A stretch of 64,000 bases of DNA, taken from positions 124,001 to 188,000 of the IMG/VR virus record IMGVR_UViG_3300043418_000072; one strand, written 5' to 3'. The stretch's first letter is position 1. Every line of letters begins with the position of its first letter. Both the position numbers and the translations under genes were made by a program. The notes beneath the pieces are model-generated. The model saw only the letters and a list, made by a program, of their open reading frames with translations, did no database searches and had not been told where the DNA came from. Positions 27,895 to 36,191 of this stretch are shown here, in pieces.

Positions 27895-28078
27895 TTTGCG
27901 TCCATTTCAATTCATACATAATGTAAACATCTTCATTCATCCAGAGATTATCCAGTCCGTAATTGTAGACTGTACCCCACCGGTCGCCTTCGGGCCCAAA
28001 GTTTTGCTCAAGCCAATGCCATATAGTGGCCTTACGTGGATGCCCCCAATGTTCAATAGCTAGGCCGTATTGCTTCAT
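27887..28078 (-). CDS. W-cassette
   Basis: WLEQNFGP, MYELKW. Confidence 0.75.
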   Translation of the reverse strand: MKQYGLAIEHWGHPRKATIWHWLEQNFGPEGDRWGTVYNYGLDNLWMNEDVYIMYELKWTQND

Positions 28079-28365
28079 AGCCATTTCAACTTGATAAACG
28101 CCAGCAGGTCTTCACGCACAATGTAGATAGCACGGTGCCTGCCGCCGTATATTCTCCAGCGTTCTTTTCCGCCGTTTTCTTCAATCCAGTCACCAAACCA
28201 ATAGCTACAGTTTAACCGACTCCACACATGGCCGTCGTCTTCTTTAAACCCGTACTCGCAGCCTGGCTCAACATAATACAGTCTATCGCCGTGTACCATA
28301 TCATGTTTTGGGTCATGCTTGGACCGAATCCACTCTTGTGAATTAGATCTAGGTCTTTCCATCAT
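28075..28365 (-). CDS. W-cassette
   Basis: Ends FIKLKWL. Confidence 0.75.
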   Translation of the reverse strand: MMERPRSNSQEWIRSKHDPKHDMVHGDRLYYVEPGCEYGFKEDDGHVWSRLNCSYWFGDWIEENGGKERWRIYGGRHRAIYIVREDLLAFIKLKWL

Positions 28366-28574
28366 GCCCACCTCAGTGCAAACATTGCAGCATCTTGTTC
28401 TCGTGCAAAGTAGTATATACGATTTTCAGGGTTAACAAAATCCACTCCGTAATAATCGTAGTCCATATTTAAAATATTGTCCAGCAACCATATACGCAGG
28501 TCTCTAAACTGTCCAGTACTGCGCCATGGTACAGTGACTCGAATTGTACACCAATATTTCTCATGCCGACTCAT
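28362..28574 (-). CDS. W-cassette
   Basis: Ends EQDAAMFALRWA. Confidence 0.8.
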   Translation of the reverse strand: MSRHEKYWCTIRVTVPWRSTGQFRDLRIWLLDNILNMDYDYYGVDFVNPENRIYYFAREQDAAMFALRWA

Positions 28575-28591
28575 GACCACCTCAGTACAAA
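28571..28591 (-). repeat. LRWS junction repeat (minus strand TT[GC/TA]..[T/C]TGAGGTGGTCATGA)
   Basis: 12-mer TCATGACCACCT exact at 28571, 28807, 29324, 44853, 45737, 45964, 46212, 46433; many near copies. Confidence 0.95.
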
Positions 28592-28810
28592 CCATTCAGC
28601 GTCTTTTTTATCACGGAAATCAAACCATTCAATATCAAATGTACCGTCAATGGTTTCACTGCCCATGAACCCTGGGTGATCCTTGCCATAAGTCCAGCGT
28701 TTAAGATTGCCATTATGTACTTCCGGTGGCCCAAAGTTCTTGGTCATCCAATACCACATTTCAGACATTTCTAAAATCGTTCGCTGAGTATTCTTAGTAT
28801 AAACTTTCAT
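28571..28810 (-). CDS. W-cassette
   Basis: WMTKNFGP, ends WFVLRWS. Confidence 0.8.
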   Translation of the reverse strand: MKVYTKNTQRTILEMSEMWYWMTKNFGPPEVHNGNLKRWTYGKDHPGFMGSETIDGTFDIEWFDFRDKKDAEWFVLRWS

Positions 28811-29052
28811 GACCACCTTAATACAAACCAAGCAAACTTCTTTTCATCAATGACATTGTACCCAACTATCTTGTTATGGTACCCTGACAACAGTATCTCT
28901 ACACCGCACACAGTTTCTAGAAAATGCAAGTAAGCATCTTCTTTGATTTGGCCAGTGACGACCTTTGCTTCTGGCGGCAATATGATAGGCTTTTTAAGAA
29001 ATTCGTTATTAGCCTGTCTGACTACAATCTTTTTTACAAGGTCTAAATCCAT
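28807..29052 (-). CDS. W-cassette
   Basis: Ends WFVLRWS. Confidence 0.8.
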   Translation of the reverse strand: MDLDLVKKIVVRQANNEFLKKPIILPPEAKVVTGQIKEDAYLHFLETVCGVEILLSGYHNKIVGYNVIDEKKFAWFVLRWS

Positions 29053-29327
29053 TAACTCCACCTTAGTACAAACAACGCATACTCTTGCTCACATAAGAAC
29101 TTGAACGTATACCTGCCAGTGTATCTCCATTGGTCACCGGCAACGAGTTCTTCTTCACGCTCGGCACTTATAAGTTTGCACCCGCGTTCTCGCAACCATC
29201 TGTATGCTTTGACATATACACTATAGCTAGGCACAGTGTGATACAACCAGTTATTACAAGATGCACCCTCGCATCTATGCTCGTGGCGACAAATATCATC
29301 CCACTCTAACTTAACGGTATCTGTCAT
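29052..29327 (-). CDS. W-cassette
   Basis: Ends LFVLRWS. Confidence 0.8.
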   Translation of the reverse strand: MTDTVKLEWDDICRHEHRCEGASCNNWLYHTVPSYSVYVKAYRWLRERGCKLISAEREEELVAGDQWRYTGRYTFKFLCEQEYALFVLRWS

Positions 29328-29662
29328 GACCACCTCAACACAAACAGAGTTAAGTCTTCCTTACTTGTAAACCAGAACTCGCGTCCAAATATTTGATATT
29401 GCGCTGTAGTGTTCAGGTGTATCCATTTCACAACCTCTGCTATTTGGTGGTTGCCTGGTGTAGCAAACTTGTCGCTAGTAAACGGTGCCTTGACCCATCC
29501 TTCTAACATAAGTCTTTGCCTTTTGATAGTGTTGACAATTTCGTCATCGATCTCTTTTTGCAATGCTGCTCCAACCTCTTGCCATACTTCGTCGTCCTCT
29601 GGCTTCTCAATGGTCCATTTGACTTTGATGGCACGAGTCTTTGCTGCAATAGTTTGTTTCAT
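29324..29662 (-). CDS. W-cassette; N-terminal major-capsid-like segment
   Basis: IAAKTRAIKVKWTIE; ends LFVLRWS. Confidence 0.8.
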   Translation of the reverse strand: MKQTIAAKTRAIKVKWTIEKPEDDEVWQEVGAALQKEIDDEIVNTIKRQRLMLEGWVKAPFTSDKFATPGNHQIAEVVKWIHLNTTAQYQIFGREFWFTSKEDLTLFVLRWS

Positions 29663-30078
29663 GACCATTTTAGTAACAGCATTGAATACAGTTCTTCGTG
29701 TATATTGTAGTTGTTGAACGTGGGGTGACCAAATCGCAGTGCGCCTGTGTTGTAGTGACGGCACCACATATCGGGGTCTTGCTCTTGCACCCACCCGCTA
29801 ATAGTTGAAGGACGACAATGCACAGTGTACCATGTAGCACCAGCTAGAGCAAACGTATCTAACTTCTGGATTTGCTCCTTAATACCCATCTCGTAGTATC
29901 TGCTCTTTAGCATTTGGTAAGTCATTGTGGACTTGCCAGTTTGTCTACCTCCGGCAAAAATCATCATTTCATCAGGATGTATTCCACCTGAGATGTTTTG
30001 AAAAACAGATGAAGACCCGCGCGGCATTACTGCTTCCATTGTTTCAATATCCAGTACTACGGTGTTGCGTTTTGTCAT
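29659..30078 (-). CDS. W-cassette; N-terminal helicase Walker A-like segment
   Basis: IFAGGRQTGKST; ends MLLLKWS. Confidence 0.8.
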   Translation of the reverse strand: MTKRNTVVLDIETMEAVMPRGSSSVFQNISGGIHPDEMMIFAGGRQTGKSTMTYQMLKSRYYEMGIKEQIQKLDTFALAGATWYTVHCRPSTISGWVQEQDPDMWCRHYNTGALRFGHPTFNNYNIHEELYSMLLLKWS

Positions 30079-30278
30079 AGCCATCTCATTATAAAAAGCA
30101 TCTTATGTTCTTCCTTAGAGAACATAAACATACTGTCAAGATATTCCCAATTCTGCCCGTAGTGCTCACGTAGCCAGTTACTAATTTGATACCAAGTACC
30201 GCCGGGAGTATACCAATCTCCTGTACGCTTAAAGCGCACATGGTACGGATATAGTTCTCTTGTAGTTTTGGTTCTCAT
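30075..30278 (-). CDS. W-cassette
   Basis: WLREHYG, ends LFIMRWL. Confidence 0.8.
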   Translation of the reverse strand: MRTKTTRELYPYHVRFKRTGDWYTPGGTWYQISNWLREHYGQNWEYLDSMFMFSKEEHKMLFIMRWL

Positions 30279-30637
30279 TGGGCCCACATCAATGCTGCTA
30301 TTGTAGCATACTTTGTCTTTCCTACCCGAAACTTAATATCCAGAGTATCTATTTCATCTGTCCAAAATCCAAAAGTTCCCATTCTCCATTCCCAATCAAT
30401 GCCCTGACGCCCAACATGCTCTTCTAACCATGGGCGATAGTGATCGTTTGGATCAGCGGAGTCGACGATTACCTCTTCGCCATCAGGATCACAACCCAGA
30501 GAAATTGGGCCATTGGGCCAAATGACCCCAATGCTAGTGCCAGGCACAATGGTCCAGTAAAACCATTCTTTCCATTCTATAAACTTACCAAATTTTACCC
30601 AATCGCATAGCCTGTTCCAGAGATTCCGATCATCCAT
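30275..30637 (-). CDS. W-cassette with N-terminal extension
   Basis: WLEEHVG, ends AALMWAQ. Confidence 0.7.
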   Translation of the reverse strand: MDDRNLWNRLCDWVKFGKFIEWKEWFYWTIVPGTSIGVIWPNGPISLGCDPDGEEVIVDSADPNDHYRPWLEEHVGRQGIDWEWRMGTFGFWTDEIDTLDIKFRVGKTKYATIAALMWAQ

Positions 30638-30638
30638 A

Positions 30639-30869
30639 TTATTTCCATTTCAATGCAAAGAAGGTTGCATCTTTGCGATGTTTAAAGTAGAAAAATGTTG
30701 TGCCAAACGCACTAGCCATGCACCATGTGCCTAACCCTTCCCACTCAACTGGCTTGGACCAAACGTGGTTGCTATAACGAGGATTAGACCCAATATTGTG
30801 CTCGCACCATTCTTCCATTTCACCCTGTAAGTGATAACGATCTTTACCAAATTCAACAGTAGTTGTCAT
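30639..30869 (-). CDS. W-cassette
   Basis: WCEHNIG, ends FFALKWK. Confidence 0.8.
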   Translation of the reverse strand: MTTTVEFGKDRYHLQGEMEEWCEHNIGSNPRYSNHVWSKPVEWEGLGTWCMASAFGTTFFYFKHRKDATFFALKWK

Positions 30870-31099
30870 GACCATCTCAACATAAAAATTGTTCTATCCG
30901 ATTCATTAATAAAGCCCCAATGCTGTTCAGCCCTGTCGCTCCAGCTACCCTGTTTGTTTAACAGCACGGTGCGATATTCCTGTATCATCCAAAGGTAATA
31001 AGGAGTTTCGTAATGATTTACGTTCATCATGTAGTACTCACGTGATTTAGCGTAGTAGGGATCTCGTTCGCAGTAAAATTGGACTAGGTCTGTTTTCAT
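30866..31099 (-). CDS. W-cassette
   Basis: Ends IFMLRWS. Confidence 0.8.
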   Translation of the reverse strand: MKTDLVQFYCERDPYYAKSREYYMMNVNHYETPYYLWMIQEYRTVLLNKQGSWSDRAEQHWGFINESDRTIFMLRWS

Positions 31100-31356
31100 G
31101 ACCATCTCAGCAAAAACGCTACCCTATCTTCATCATTACGAAACCAAAACTTTGCATTGTTAGCATACCAACGAGCACCGGGTTCCCATACACCCATTTC
31201 TGCACTGGCACCAAAGGTTTCTACACACCATGCTAACATATTGCGCCAATTGGTATTTGTGTCATTTAAGCTACTAGGAATCCACCAATCAAAGTCTGGT
31301 CTAACCGTGTAGTAGCGAGCTCCGTGTATGCGCCCTTCTAACAATTCAAACTTCAT
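31096..31356 (-). CDS. W-cassette
   Basis: WCVETFG, ends AFLLRWS. Confidence 0.8.
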   Translation of the reverse strand: MKFELLEGRIHGARYYTVRPDFDWWIPSSLNDTNTNWRNMLAWCVETFGASAEMGVWEPGARWYANNAKFWFRNDEDRVAFLLRWS

Positions 31357-31576
31357 TGCTTGCTTTCAGTGCAAACCAAGTTATGATTTCGTTATTCAGG
31401 CAATCGTGTCGAATCCATACACCATCGGGCGCACTAAACCATTCGCGGTCCACAAGCGGCATCGTGATACGGTTGTCACTAATGTGCAGGCGGCACAGGT
31501 CAATTTCCTCACTGCCCCATATAAAGTCCTTGGGAACGTGTTTGAATTTAAAAAATCGGTGAGTCTCGCTATACAT
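31346..31576 (-). CDS. W-cassette, variant tail
   Basis: WFALKA. Confidence 0.7.
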   Translation of the reverse strand: MYSETHRFFKFKHVPKDFIWGSEEIDLCRLHISDNRITMPLVDREWFSAPDGVWIRHDCLNNEIITWFALKASNEV

Positions 31577-31833
31577 TACTTTGCCCACTTTAGTGCGAAT
31601 AGCACTGCTTCTTCATCACATTCAAACTCAATGAACTTTTCACGAAGATACCCGGGACTGTGGTAGTAAGGATGGCGTGTGTTTGCTTTAAGCCATTCAT
31701 TGACTATATAATCCTTGTAGCTGATTTGCCATTGTGCTGGGACACCATCAATGGTGTGTGCATAGACAACACGGTGCAACACGGGAAAATTAACACCTGG
31801 GAATAACGGATTAGTTTTATAAGTTACTGCCAT
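31576..31833 (-). CDS. W-cassette
   Basis: Ends IEFECDEEAVLFALKWAK. Confidence 0.8.
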   Translation of the reverse strand: MAVTYKTNPLFPGVNFPVLHRVVYAHTIDGVPAQWQISYKDYIVNEWLKANTRHPYYHSPGYLREKFIEFECDEEAVLFALKWAK

Positions 31834-32051
31834 AACAATCCAAACAGTGTTGCATCTTCATCCCGATAAAAACGAATCGCCCATCGTTCGTCGCCATATC
31901 TGCCGGGCCCTTTGTTAACAATAGCAACACGGACGATGCAGGAACGTTCTTGAGGAAAGTGTGCGTCAAGCCACTTTTGTAGAGTTTCCATAGAGAACGT
32001 GCGACTGCCATTCATTAAGGTTGGGTATGGAATTTCAAGCAACTGCTGCAC
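31824..32051 (-). CDS. W-cassette
   Basis: Ends DEDATLFGLLWQ. Confidence 0.8.
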   Translation of the reverse strand: MQQLLEIPYPTLMNGSRTFSMETLQKWLDAHFPQERSCIVRVAIVNKGPGRYGDERWAIRFYRDEDATLFGLLWQ

Positions 32052-32391
32052 CTTGCCTTAAATAGTACCAAGCCAAGCGACTTTCTAATAAGTCATAAAA
32101 TGCTCTAGCTTCGTGTTTGTGAAAAAACACAACTCCCCCAACCACATACATGTCTTCCCATCCGTATGTCATATCAGACCGTTGAAAATAATTTTTTTCG
32201 CTAATCCACAGTGTTTCTAGTTCGCCATTGTTTAGCGTAATGCCCAGGCCAACTTCACGGCATCCAATGTCTCGGAACAGAAGATCAACTAACTTGTCTC
32301 GCTGTCTAGCATTATGTGCAAAGTTATTCTCAGCCCATGTCACTAACCAAGTGTTGTTAGGAAGATCTGTGAGTTTAAAAGGATTAGACAT
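32035..32391 (-). CDS. Hypothetical protein within array
   Basis: No clear W tail. Confidence 0.7.
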   Translation of the reverse strand: MSNPFKLTDLPNNTWLVTWAENNFAHNARQRDKLVDLLFRDIGCREVGLGITLNNGELETLWISEKNYFQRSDMTYGWEDMYVVGGVVFFHKHEARAFYDLLESRLAWYYLRQGAAVA

Positions 32392-32392
32392 G

Positions 32393-32674
32393 CTATGCCC
32401 ATTTCAAACTAAACATTAACAGATCGCTTTCGCGGCGGAATACAAAGATCAAATCTGAGATATCTTCAAGATTGTCATCGTTGTCGTAGTACTCTTCTTC
32501 CTCTTCGTCGCTGCCTGGAACTAGTACTTCTTCATAGCAGTACCAATCTTCGGCGCCCAGCCATGTATTGTTTGCATGTCGCTTGCTACCAGGGCCAACG
32601 TTAGCGTTGAGCCATGCTTCGATTTGATCTAATTGATCGTGATGCTTGTGTGCTAGTTTAAGTTTATAACTCAT
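32393..32674 (-). CDS. W-cassette with acidic insert
   Basis: WLNANVGP, ends MFSLKWA-TAG. Confidence 0.8.
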   Translation of the reverse strand: MSYKLKLAHKHHDQLDQIEAWLNANVGPGSKRHANNTWLGAEDWYCYEEVLVPGSDEEEEEYYDNDDNLEDISDLIFVFRRESDLLMFSLKWA

Positions 32675-32940
32675 GTGAATTTCATTACTAAAAATGTATA
32701 GGCTTTTGTAGCTTCTTCTAAGTTACGGTATTTCCAGTGTGTGCCAGCTTGCCCGCTGCGGCAGCGAGTTGGGTCAATCACATCGCGAACTTGCTCGGGG
32801 AAACTTTTCTCCCCTGCAGGTCGTTCTCGGTCCATCCAGTAATCATATGTCATCTCGACACGATAATGCACCTTGTCGCTTTTGCGATGGCGCCATTTGA
32901 TTAATCGGAAATTCTCGCCGCGGTGGATAATATTGTCCAT
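32671..32940 (-). CDS. W-cassette, variant tail
   Basis: EEATKAYTFLVMKF. Confidence 0.6.
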   Translation of the reverse strand: MDNIIHRGENFRLIKWRHRKSDKVHYRVEMTYDYWMDRERPAGEKSFPEQVRDVIDPTRCRSGQAGTHWKYRNLEEATKAYTFLVMKFT

Positions 32941-32941
32941 A

Positions 32942-33418
32942 TCATTCAGTTCCCAAAATATTCCACATACCCAATTGCTCTTTGAGATGTCTATTCTCTG
33001 CTTGTACCTTGTCAATTACTTCGTGAGCTTTTTCAGCTTCTCTAACTGCGTAAAGGTGATTGGATTTTGCAGAGTCAATTGCCCGCTGCGCATCTACTAG
33101 AAGTTCTGTAACGGTGCGTCGACTTAACTTATCAAGTTCTTCACGAGCATCCGCTAAATCCATTTCGGCTACCGCACGGTCATCTTCTGCGTAGGCAACC
33201 ATCTTTTGCAAGTGGGTGATGTAATCTCCGGGGTAGTAGTCTTGGTGATCGTCTGTAAAGACCCATGTGTTAGGATCCATGCCTGCTTCGACTAAATCAC
33301 CAACAAGCCCACCGTTAGGTGCAGACAGCATGTTGATTAATCGTTTGACCAATGGATCAGTGCTAGTCAAATCCAAGTAGCGTAGCAGCTCTACGTCAGA
33401 TAGATGATTTAGATTCAT
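32942..33418 (-). CDS. Coiled-coil hypothetical protein
   Basis: Heptad-like C-terminal half. Confidence 0.7.
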   Translation of the reverse strand: MNLNHLSDVELLRYLDLTSTDPLVKRLINMLSAPNGGLVGDLVEAGMDPNTWVFTDDHQDYYPGDYITHLQKMVAYAEDDRAVAEMDLADAREELDKLSRRTVTELLVDAQRAIDSAKSNHLYAVREAEKAHEVIDKVQAENRHLKEQLGMWNILGTE

Positions 33419-33725
33419 GTTTTAAAATCTCGAATAGTGTTGCATATTCAACCCAGGGTTCCATGTGAAAGCCTTTGCCCCACACTGCCCAGAATCGTTG
33501 TTTGTAAACAGTGCGTAACCAAATGCGATTACCACCTATTGTTTTAACTGGCCAAAGTGCAAACGTCTTGCGCCATGGGTAGCAGTCAGGCCCGTTGTAA
33601 ATTCGTTCAGTTATGTCCAACTCCACAGTCTCCGATCCTATTAGCAATGGCGCAATGCCTGTTGGGTTCTTGTCCCACTTAAGGCGATGTTCTCCGATTC
33701 GGCCATTTTTAAGACGAACTTTCAT
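33396..33725 (-). CDS. Hypothetical protein
   Basis: WRKTFALWPVKT. Confidence 0.65.
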   Translation of the reverse strand: MKVRLKNGRIGEHRLKWDKNPTGIAPLLIGSETVELDITERIYNGPDCYPWRKTFALWPVKTIGGNRIWLRTVYKQRFWAVWGKGFHMEPWVEYATLFEILKHESKSSI

Positions 33726-34006
33726 TAATACGAATGTGTTACCGACTCAGTATAGATTTGTTGTAGTAGATGGATTCTACCTGCGTACCGTAATTGTAAC
33801 ATACATTCACCTTTATCGTCAAATGTGGTTAGTTTTATAACCCCGGGCGAGCTGCGGTAGTGATAGACCTGCCCGCTGGTTTCAATACGCTGATGCTCAC
33901 CTTGCTGGGCGTCTAGTTGTATGCCATTGTTTTTGCAGTAGTCTACATCAGACTGGTCGGGGATAACATTGTGATCCAACACCCAAATTCTTACTATAGT
34001 TAACAT
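33725..34006 (-). CDS. W-cassette-like variant
   Basis: MLQLRY; similar to 48754..49047. Confidence 0.6.
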   Translation of the reverse strand: MLTIVRIWVLDHNVIPDQSDVDYCKNNGIQLDAQQGEHQRIETSGQVYHYRSSPGVIKLTTFDDKGECMLQLRYAGRIHLLQQIYTESVTHSY

Positions 34007-34263
34007 ACACTATCCGCAAAACTCAGAGCAAACATAATAGCAGCTTGTTCCCATTCAAATTGAAATGTAGTGTATTCACTATCCCAAGTTTTTGTGCCTC
34101 CACGCCAATCAATGTAGTAGCGTTTGAAATAGCCCTTATCGCCTGTTGGATAGTCGTCGCACCACTTCATCATAGCATTGACTTCAGGCGAGTTCTTTTT
34201 AATACGCACCTTATATCTAAAGTCGGGGTACTGATTCCCGCCACCGCCGTAAAATAATTCCAT
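34000..34263 (-). CDS. W-cassette
   Basis: KWCDDY, FEWEQAAIMFALSF. Confidence 0.75.
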   Translation of the reverse strand: MELFYGGGGNQYPDFRYKVRIKKNSPEVNAMMKWCDDYPTGDKGYFKRYYIDWRGGTKTWDSEYTTFQFEWEQAAIMFALSFADSVC

Positions 34264-34481
34264 TAGCTCCACCTCAACACAAACATTGTAGCATCTTCTT
34301 CCCTGCGAAATTTAATCCATCCACCATGGCTATCCCAAGTGCCATTACCTAATGCTAGTCCCGGGTGACCGAATGTGGTCCAGCACCATCCGTATATTTC
34401 GCTCATCTCTGGACCTTGTGGACTGTAGTACATTTCCCACTCGTAGTATCGGTCCGGGCGATGTTTGAATTTAATATTCAT
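34263..34481 (-). CDS. W-cassette
   Basis: WCWTTFG, ends EEDATMFVLRWS. Confidence 0.8.
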   Translation of the reverse strand: MNIKFKHRPDRYYEWEMYYSPQGPEMSEIYGWCWTTFGHPGLALGNGTWDSHGGWIKFRREEDATMFVLRWS

Positions 34482-34897
34482 TACACACTCCAGTATAGAC
34501 TAAACATTACAGCATCTTGCTCATTGTTAAATGCAAAAAATAGAATGTTGTGGCTTAGACCCATGCACCCTTGCGTCCATTCGCCATCCCAACTCTTGTC
34601 AACTGGGAGGATATCTTCTCTCCATTTACCGGTGGCATTTGCTGCGCACCACGTGGTCATGTTATCAACTACGGTGATCCATCCTTGGCCATGCCGCCGT
34701 TCCAGTGGCACTGTGTCGTCAAACGGGACGAGGTAAGGGTAGCCACGATACACGTCCTTACGAATACTACCACCACGTGCGCAAAAATCAGGATCATTTA
34801 TGAGATCAAACTGGCGCTGAGTCCATCCCTTCTTCTTAAGGTAACGGGCATGTCGCCATGCTTGAAACCTACCTACCGTAGCGTGTAGTAACTTCAT
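34481..34897 (-). CDS. W-cassette with N-terminal extension
   Basis: Ends EQDAVMFSLYWSV. Confidence 0.75.
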   Translation of the reverse strand: MKLLHATVGRFQAWRHARYLKKKGWTQRQFDLINDPDFCARGGSIRKDVYRGYPYLVPFDDTVPLERRHGQGWITVVDNMTTWCAANATGKWREDILPVDKSWDGEWTQGCMGLSHNILFFAFNNEQDAVMFSLYWSV

Positions 34898-35084
34898 CTA
34901 GTGTTTTCTTTGCTATTTTTCCTGACGGATGATCTGGGTGCATACGTGCGATATCATCTAGTGCAGTCCACATCAACTCGTGTTCGTGTTGTTGCTGGTA
35001 TACCTTATCCCGCAAGCGACTGGCATCCATAATGCTTAGGACACCAGCAATTAACTTGGGAAGGATACGAGCAAGGAATTCCAA
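34869..35084 (-). CDS. Hypothetical protein
   Basis: Start uncertain; ends in TAG. Confidence 0.55.
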   Translation of the reverse strand: MEFLARILPKLIAGVLSIMDASRLRDKVYQQQHEHELMWTALDDIARMHPDHPSGKIAKKTLDEVTTRYGR

Positions 35085-35312
35085 TTATAAGTACTTCAAT
35101 CTAAACATTGTTTCTGCTGCGTCATTGAAGAAGTCTAAGTAGACAGTAGTGATGTAACCTGTTTGTTCTCGGTAAACCTGATGATGGCGGTCGGTGAATC
35201 CTAACTCACGCTTCATTACAGATCGCAAGAGCCAAACACTAGGCTTGTCTGCGTACTCAATTTTAATCTGAGCTCGGATCTTGCGCCACTCAGTATCGGT
35301 TAGTGTGATCAT
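35085..35312 (-). CDS. W-cassette
   Basis: Ends TMFRLKYL. Confidence 0.75.
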   Translation of the reverse strand: MITLTDTEWRKIRAQIKIEYADKPSVWLLRSVMKRELGFTDRHHQVYREQTGYITTVYLDFFNDAAETMFRLKYL

Positions 35313-35541
35313 ACTTTAACTTGAAAAAGGTTGCATCCTCATCTTTAAGTTTAGCAGTTACTCTGTAACGAAGAGAGTATGAGTGGTAATCGTTGCACTT
35401 GCTCCATTGCGGGGTTTCAATTGCATTAGCCATAACCCATTTCCCTGCATCACTTTGCTGCCATTCCCATAGAGGCCATGCGGCATAAAGGTCCGGGTCA
35501 TCAACATCCCCCACTGAAAATTCATGAACAGCTAGAGTCAC
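35290..35541 (-). CDS. W-cassette
   Basis: DEDATFFKLKY. Confidence 0.75.
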   Translation of the reverse strand: MTLAVHEFSVGDVDDPDLYAAWPLWEWQQSDAGKWVMANAIETPQWSKCNDYHSYSLRYRVTAKLKDEDATFFKLKYDHTNRY

Positions 35542-35720
35542 CGCCATTTTAATGCAAATAGTGTAGCATCAGAGGGACTAGAGAAATCAAACCTATACGT
35601 GGGATTGTTACCCAGCATACTGTTTAAGTCTATTGTCCATCCCTTAATACCAAATTGTTGTCTGCACCAGCCGCCCGCCTCAAGCGCCTTATCGGCACCA
35701 TTAATTGTGATAGAGTTCAT
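35538..35720 (-). CDS. W-cassette (first of array 1)
   Basis: WCRQQFG, ends LFALKWR. Confidence 0.8.
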   Translation of the reverse strand: MNSITINGADKALEAGGWCRQQFGIKGWTIDLNSMLGNNPTYRFDFSSPSDATLFALKWR

Positions 35721-35726
35721 AGTACT

Positions 35727-35755
35727 ATTATACACTAAATGCCTTTATGCGTCAA
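35727..35755 (-). promoter_or_regulatory. sigma70-type promoter heading W-array 1
   Basis: TTGACG-17-TATAAT. Confidence 0.8.
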
Positions 35756-36129
35756 AGTGATGTATTCTTGAGAGTATCCCAAGTTTTCATCTTTTCCTTG
35801 ATCTCTAATTCCAACTTGCGGTATTCGTCACCTAACCGTTTTAGTTCTGCCCATTCGGTTTCGAGTGAGACATCGGGTTTCAGCATGGCCAACCTTGATT
35901 CAAGGGCCTCTAGCGTATCCTTGAGACTCTTGCCGTTCATAACAATGTCTGCCTGTTCTCCGTTTAGCGTAATAGTCGCTTGCTGCGTAACTGTCATTGG
36001 ATTAGCGGCAGTGGTCCATGTGGTATTAGAGTATCCATTTGATCCACTAACTGAAAATGGATTAGCGACAGTAGTTGCGCCAGCAAATAAGTTGCCGGTA
36101 TGCTTGTGATTATTTAAAATGTATGCCAA
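35752..36129 (-). CDS. Hypothetical protein
   Basis: TTG start after GAGG; C-terminal coiled coil. Confidence 0.7.
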   Translation of the reverse strand: MAYILNNHKHTGNLFAGATTVANPFSVSGSNGYSNTTWTTAANPMTVTQQATITLNGEQADIVMNGKSLKDTLEALESRLAMLKPDVSLETEWAELKRLGDEYRKLELEIKEKMKTWDTLKNTSL

Positions 36130-36141
36130 AATTTACCTCGT

Positions 36142-36187
36142 AAAAAAGCCTATACCGCAGTATAGGCTTTGTGTTAACTAAAGTCAA
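36142..36187 (-). terminator. Intrinsic terminator overlapping a sigma70 promoter
   Basis: AAAGCCTATAC/GTATAGGCTTT stem plus U-run; TTGACT-17-TATACT at 36159-36187. Confidence 0.75.
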
Positions 36188-36191
36188 CAGG

